The position numbers and the translations under genes were made by a program. A model generated the notes under the pieces. It searched no databases and was not told the DNA's origin. It saw nothing but the letters and a program-made list of their open reading frames with translations. Of a stretch of DNA of 64,000 nt, positions 61,096-64,000 are shown piece after piece; the first letter of the stretch is position 1; each line of letters starts with the position of its first letter. This stretch comes from Octopus vulgaris. Taxonomy: Eukaryota. The DNA is taken from NCBI GenBank assembly GCA_951406725.2, contig OX597814.1, forward strand, positions 39,246,001 through 39,310,000. The letters are read 5' to 3'.

Positions 61096-61385
61096 AGAGC
61101 AATGATCCTGGTCGTACAGAACACGCCCAAGGCAACCAAGTAATAGTAATTCTAATCTGTAAAGACATAAAGACATGGTTGAAGTTAGTTGTAACCGACA
61201 TTACTCTCTCGTACATAATTGGTATTTGCTAGGAATTGATAAAATGCAGTTATCACAGGCCAACGTATAGGAATGAACAGAATTACAATCTAACACACTA
61301 TGAGCAATTTTGAGCTACGTGCATATAATTATAGGCGTGTAGGTATGTGTGCATGCGTATATAAATTTTCTTATATACATATATG

Positions 61386-61499
<114 letters not shown>

Positions 61500-61950
61500 T
61501 ATATATATATACATGTGTATATATACATATATATGTGTGTATAAATATATGTATATAGCATATATATACATTCATATATAAGTGTTCAAATATGTGTTTG
61601 TATGCATATTGAATGAAAGAGAGTGTTTGAGAGAAATATCTCTTTGTCACCAAATATGTGCGTGTGTATGCCCGTGCATGAGTGCGTATATGTTTTAGCG
61701 AGGGTATGCTGACAATTTTTGACCATTTGTAACCTCAGACTATAAAATTTCCAATCCCTGTTGTAGAATTGAAATACACTTAAATAATTGAACTTCACTA
61801 AATACATTATAACAGTAGTAAATTAGATTTCCCATACGTATATTTTCCTTCCCTACAGTGTCTTTAAGAATCCTTTTGAAATCAGGACAACTTGAAAATT
61901 CAAAGTTTGGAATATTTCACCATTCATACAAATTTTGCAATGTGTGTCTT

Positions 61951-61987
<37 letters not shown>

Positions 61988-62009
61988 GTATGCATGTAAT
62001 GTATGCATG

Positions 62010-62072
<63 letters not shown>

Positions 62073-62320
62073 AAATACTTTATATTCATTTAAAAGAAAA
62101 AGAAAATGAAGATTGGGAAGTTAATTGTTTATTATCGACAACAACAACAAAAAAAGATCTCTCTTCCAGCTGTTCCAATTAACACTCAGTGAATATTAAT
62201 TAAATACAAAATTTATATGACCTGAGAATAATATCTTAGGAGGGAAAAATATACCATTGAATGTTTTATATGTTTTTATGAATTTATTACATCAGTATTC
62301 AGAATTATCTTTCTATTGTG

Positions 62321-62364
<44 letters not shown>

Positions 62365-62677
62365 GGATAGTTTGGGCTATCTTCTTGCATGTTGAAAAAT
62401 AGATGATGTACCGATTTAACTAAAACGTCTATAATTCACCTTGATACGAATACAAGCTGTTAGCCGGCGAGACGAATAAAAACAATTTTTAAAAAAAATT
62501 ACTGTCAGTTAATAGTGTACTATAGTTTCGGAGTTAACTTGTAAATGAAATAAATCAAAACATAAAAATAGTAATTTGATTTAAATTATTGAATTGTACG
62601 TTCCTTGGCACTCTCGGCCCATATTTACGAAGAAACATGAATGTACATAGATACACATATACACACAAACACACATA

Positions 62678-62743
<66 letters not shown>

Positions 62744-62829
62744 CATATATATTGTATATATATATATATATATATACATACATATAGGTACATGCAAACA
62801 TATATATGAATATAAATATGCATATAAGG

Positions 62830-63200
62830 GTACAGGATGTCACCAAATGGAATGTTCTTATCAAAACTTCTGTCAAACGTAAGCTAAATAGACCGGACAT
62901 TGCTGTTTGGGAGAGAGGGACAATGGTATGTACCATCACAGAGCTTAGCTGCCCTGCAAATATAAATATATCTTTGAAAATCAACTACTTCACAATCCTC
63001 CAGCTTCTATATCCAGAATATGAATTCACATTCATACTAATAATGATTGGAGCATTAGGTTTTGTTAATAAATGCTTAAAAGAGAATCTGGATAAACTGG
63101 GATTTTCTGAAAGAGAATTGACCGACTGATTCTTTCGTTTCAAGTCCAATCTGAGAGTGGAACAGTATAAAATATGCAAAACTTTTTTCAAGTTCCAAAT
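62830..63200 (+). mobile_element. R4/Dong-like RLE domain fragment
   Basis: WNVLIKTSVKRKLNRPDIAVWERGTMVCTITELSCP..LQLLYPEYEFTFILIMIGALG: the RPD..E restriction-like endonuclease signature. Confidence 0.75.
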
Positions 63201-63554
63201 CTGAGTGTGTCTTTGTTGACTACATCCCTAAGATGGAGCCTTGTATCTTTGTCGGAAACTAGTTCCCTCCACAGTGGAAGATTTATAATAATAAAAAAAG
63301 AAAAGAGGCGTACATATGAGGCGTTGATCTTGCGACAAGATAAGAGTGTTGGAAAAAATTCCACGCCGGATAAGATTTAAAATCCAGGCGAGATTAATTT
63401 TGCGACTTTGGTGGTAAGTAGTAATGAACTATTTTGATAGACTTTATCTTCGATAGTATTGCTTGCGTGTAGAGATGCGACTTGCAAGCATTTGTAATTG
63501 TCATGCGTAGCACAACTAAGGAAACCGTACATACATTTGAAGATATATGGTCAA

Positions 63555-63558
<4 letters not shown>

Positions 63559-63629
<71 letters not shown>
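63559..63629. repeat. (CA)n microsatellite
   Basis: Seen directly. Confidence 0.98.
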
Positions 63630-63631
<2 letters not shown>

Positions 63632-64000
63632 ATCTGTGTACGGAATCTATTTAATAATCTACTTGTTCTTTCACCTGTAATGCTTTACTTAGTTAGAGAG
63701 GTAGAGTGAGTTAGCGGTGGAGTAAAAGTGACAAAAATATAGGGAAGGGAAGAGTGCGCGTAGCGAGGAATGAAGTGAAGAAGCAGTAGAAATAGATGCT
63801 GAATAAGGCCAAATGCATTACATGATTAGTTGAAGCGGGAGACGAAGAAGGACCAGAAAAAAGAGATGGCCAATGGATGGACAGGGACGGACAAGGGATG
63901 CAGTGATATTGAGAGACAGATAGACAGACACGCAGACAGAGAGAGATAGCGTTTGTATTGTCAGAGTAAATATATATCGACAGCAAGAAAAACTAGATAT

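Noticed and set aside
63220-63266. Hammerhead-like GAAACTAGTT after the R4-like fragment (also gaaaccag near 17403 and ggccgaaac in the CR1 3' UTR)
   Set aside because: No CUGANGA core together with matching stems I/II.

Overview
An AT-rich, microsatellite-saturated eukaryotic window that is intergenic or intronic. The repeat repertoire suggests an octopus (coleoid cephalopod) genome, but that is inference from recall, not a database result. No intact host gene can be supported; most ORFs in the track are translations of (TA)n/(CA)n/(GATA)n arrays. Contents: two decayed Penelope-like elements (RT + GIY-YIG), several Penelope-type terminal repeats (pLTRs), one uninterrupted but 5'-truncated CR1-type RT ORF plus older CR1 fragments, two R4/Dong-like RLE fragments, two non-autonomous Helitron-like elements, a mariner relic, several tRNA-derived SINE families that swap heads and tails, and a possible class A GPCR pseudogene. 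The most interesting signal is a set of minimal hammerhead-ribozyme (HHR) motifs in several non-coding repeat families. One is a tRNA-headed, SINE-like element carrying an HHR. Another is a fold-back family whose reconstructed core has C3:G8 swapped to G3:C8, and a third has an A6U core. The first two occur as inverted-arm + forward-arm + tail structures typical of Penelope-mediated insertion. Two independent insertions also hit the same nucleotide junction in a SINE tRNA head. Boundaries were read by eye and are approximate.
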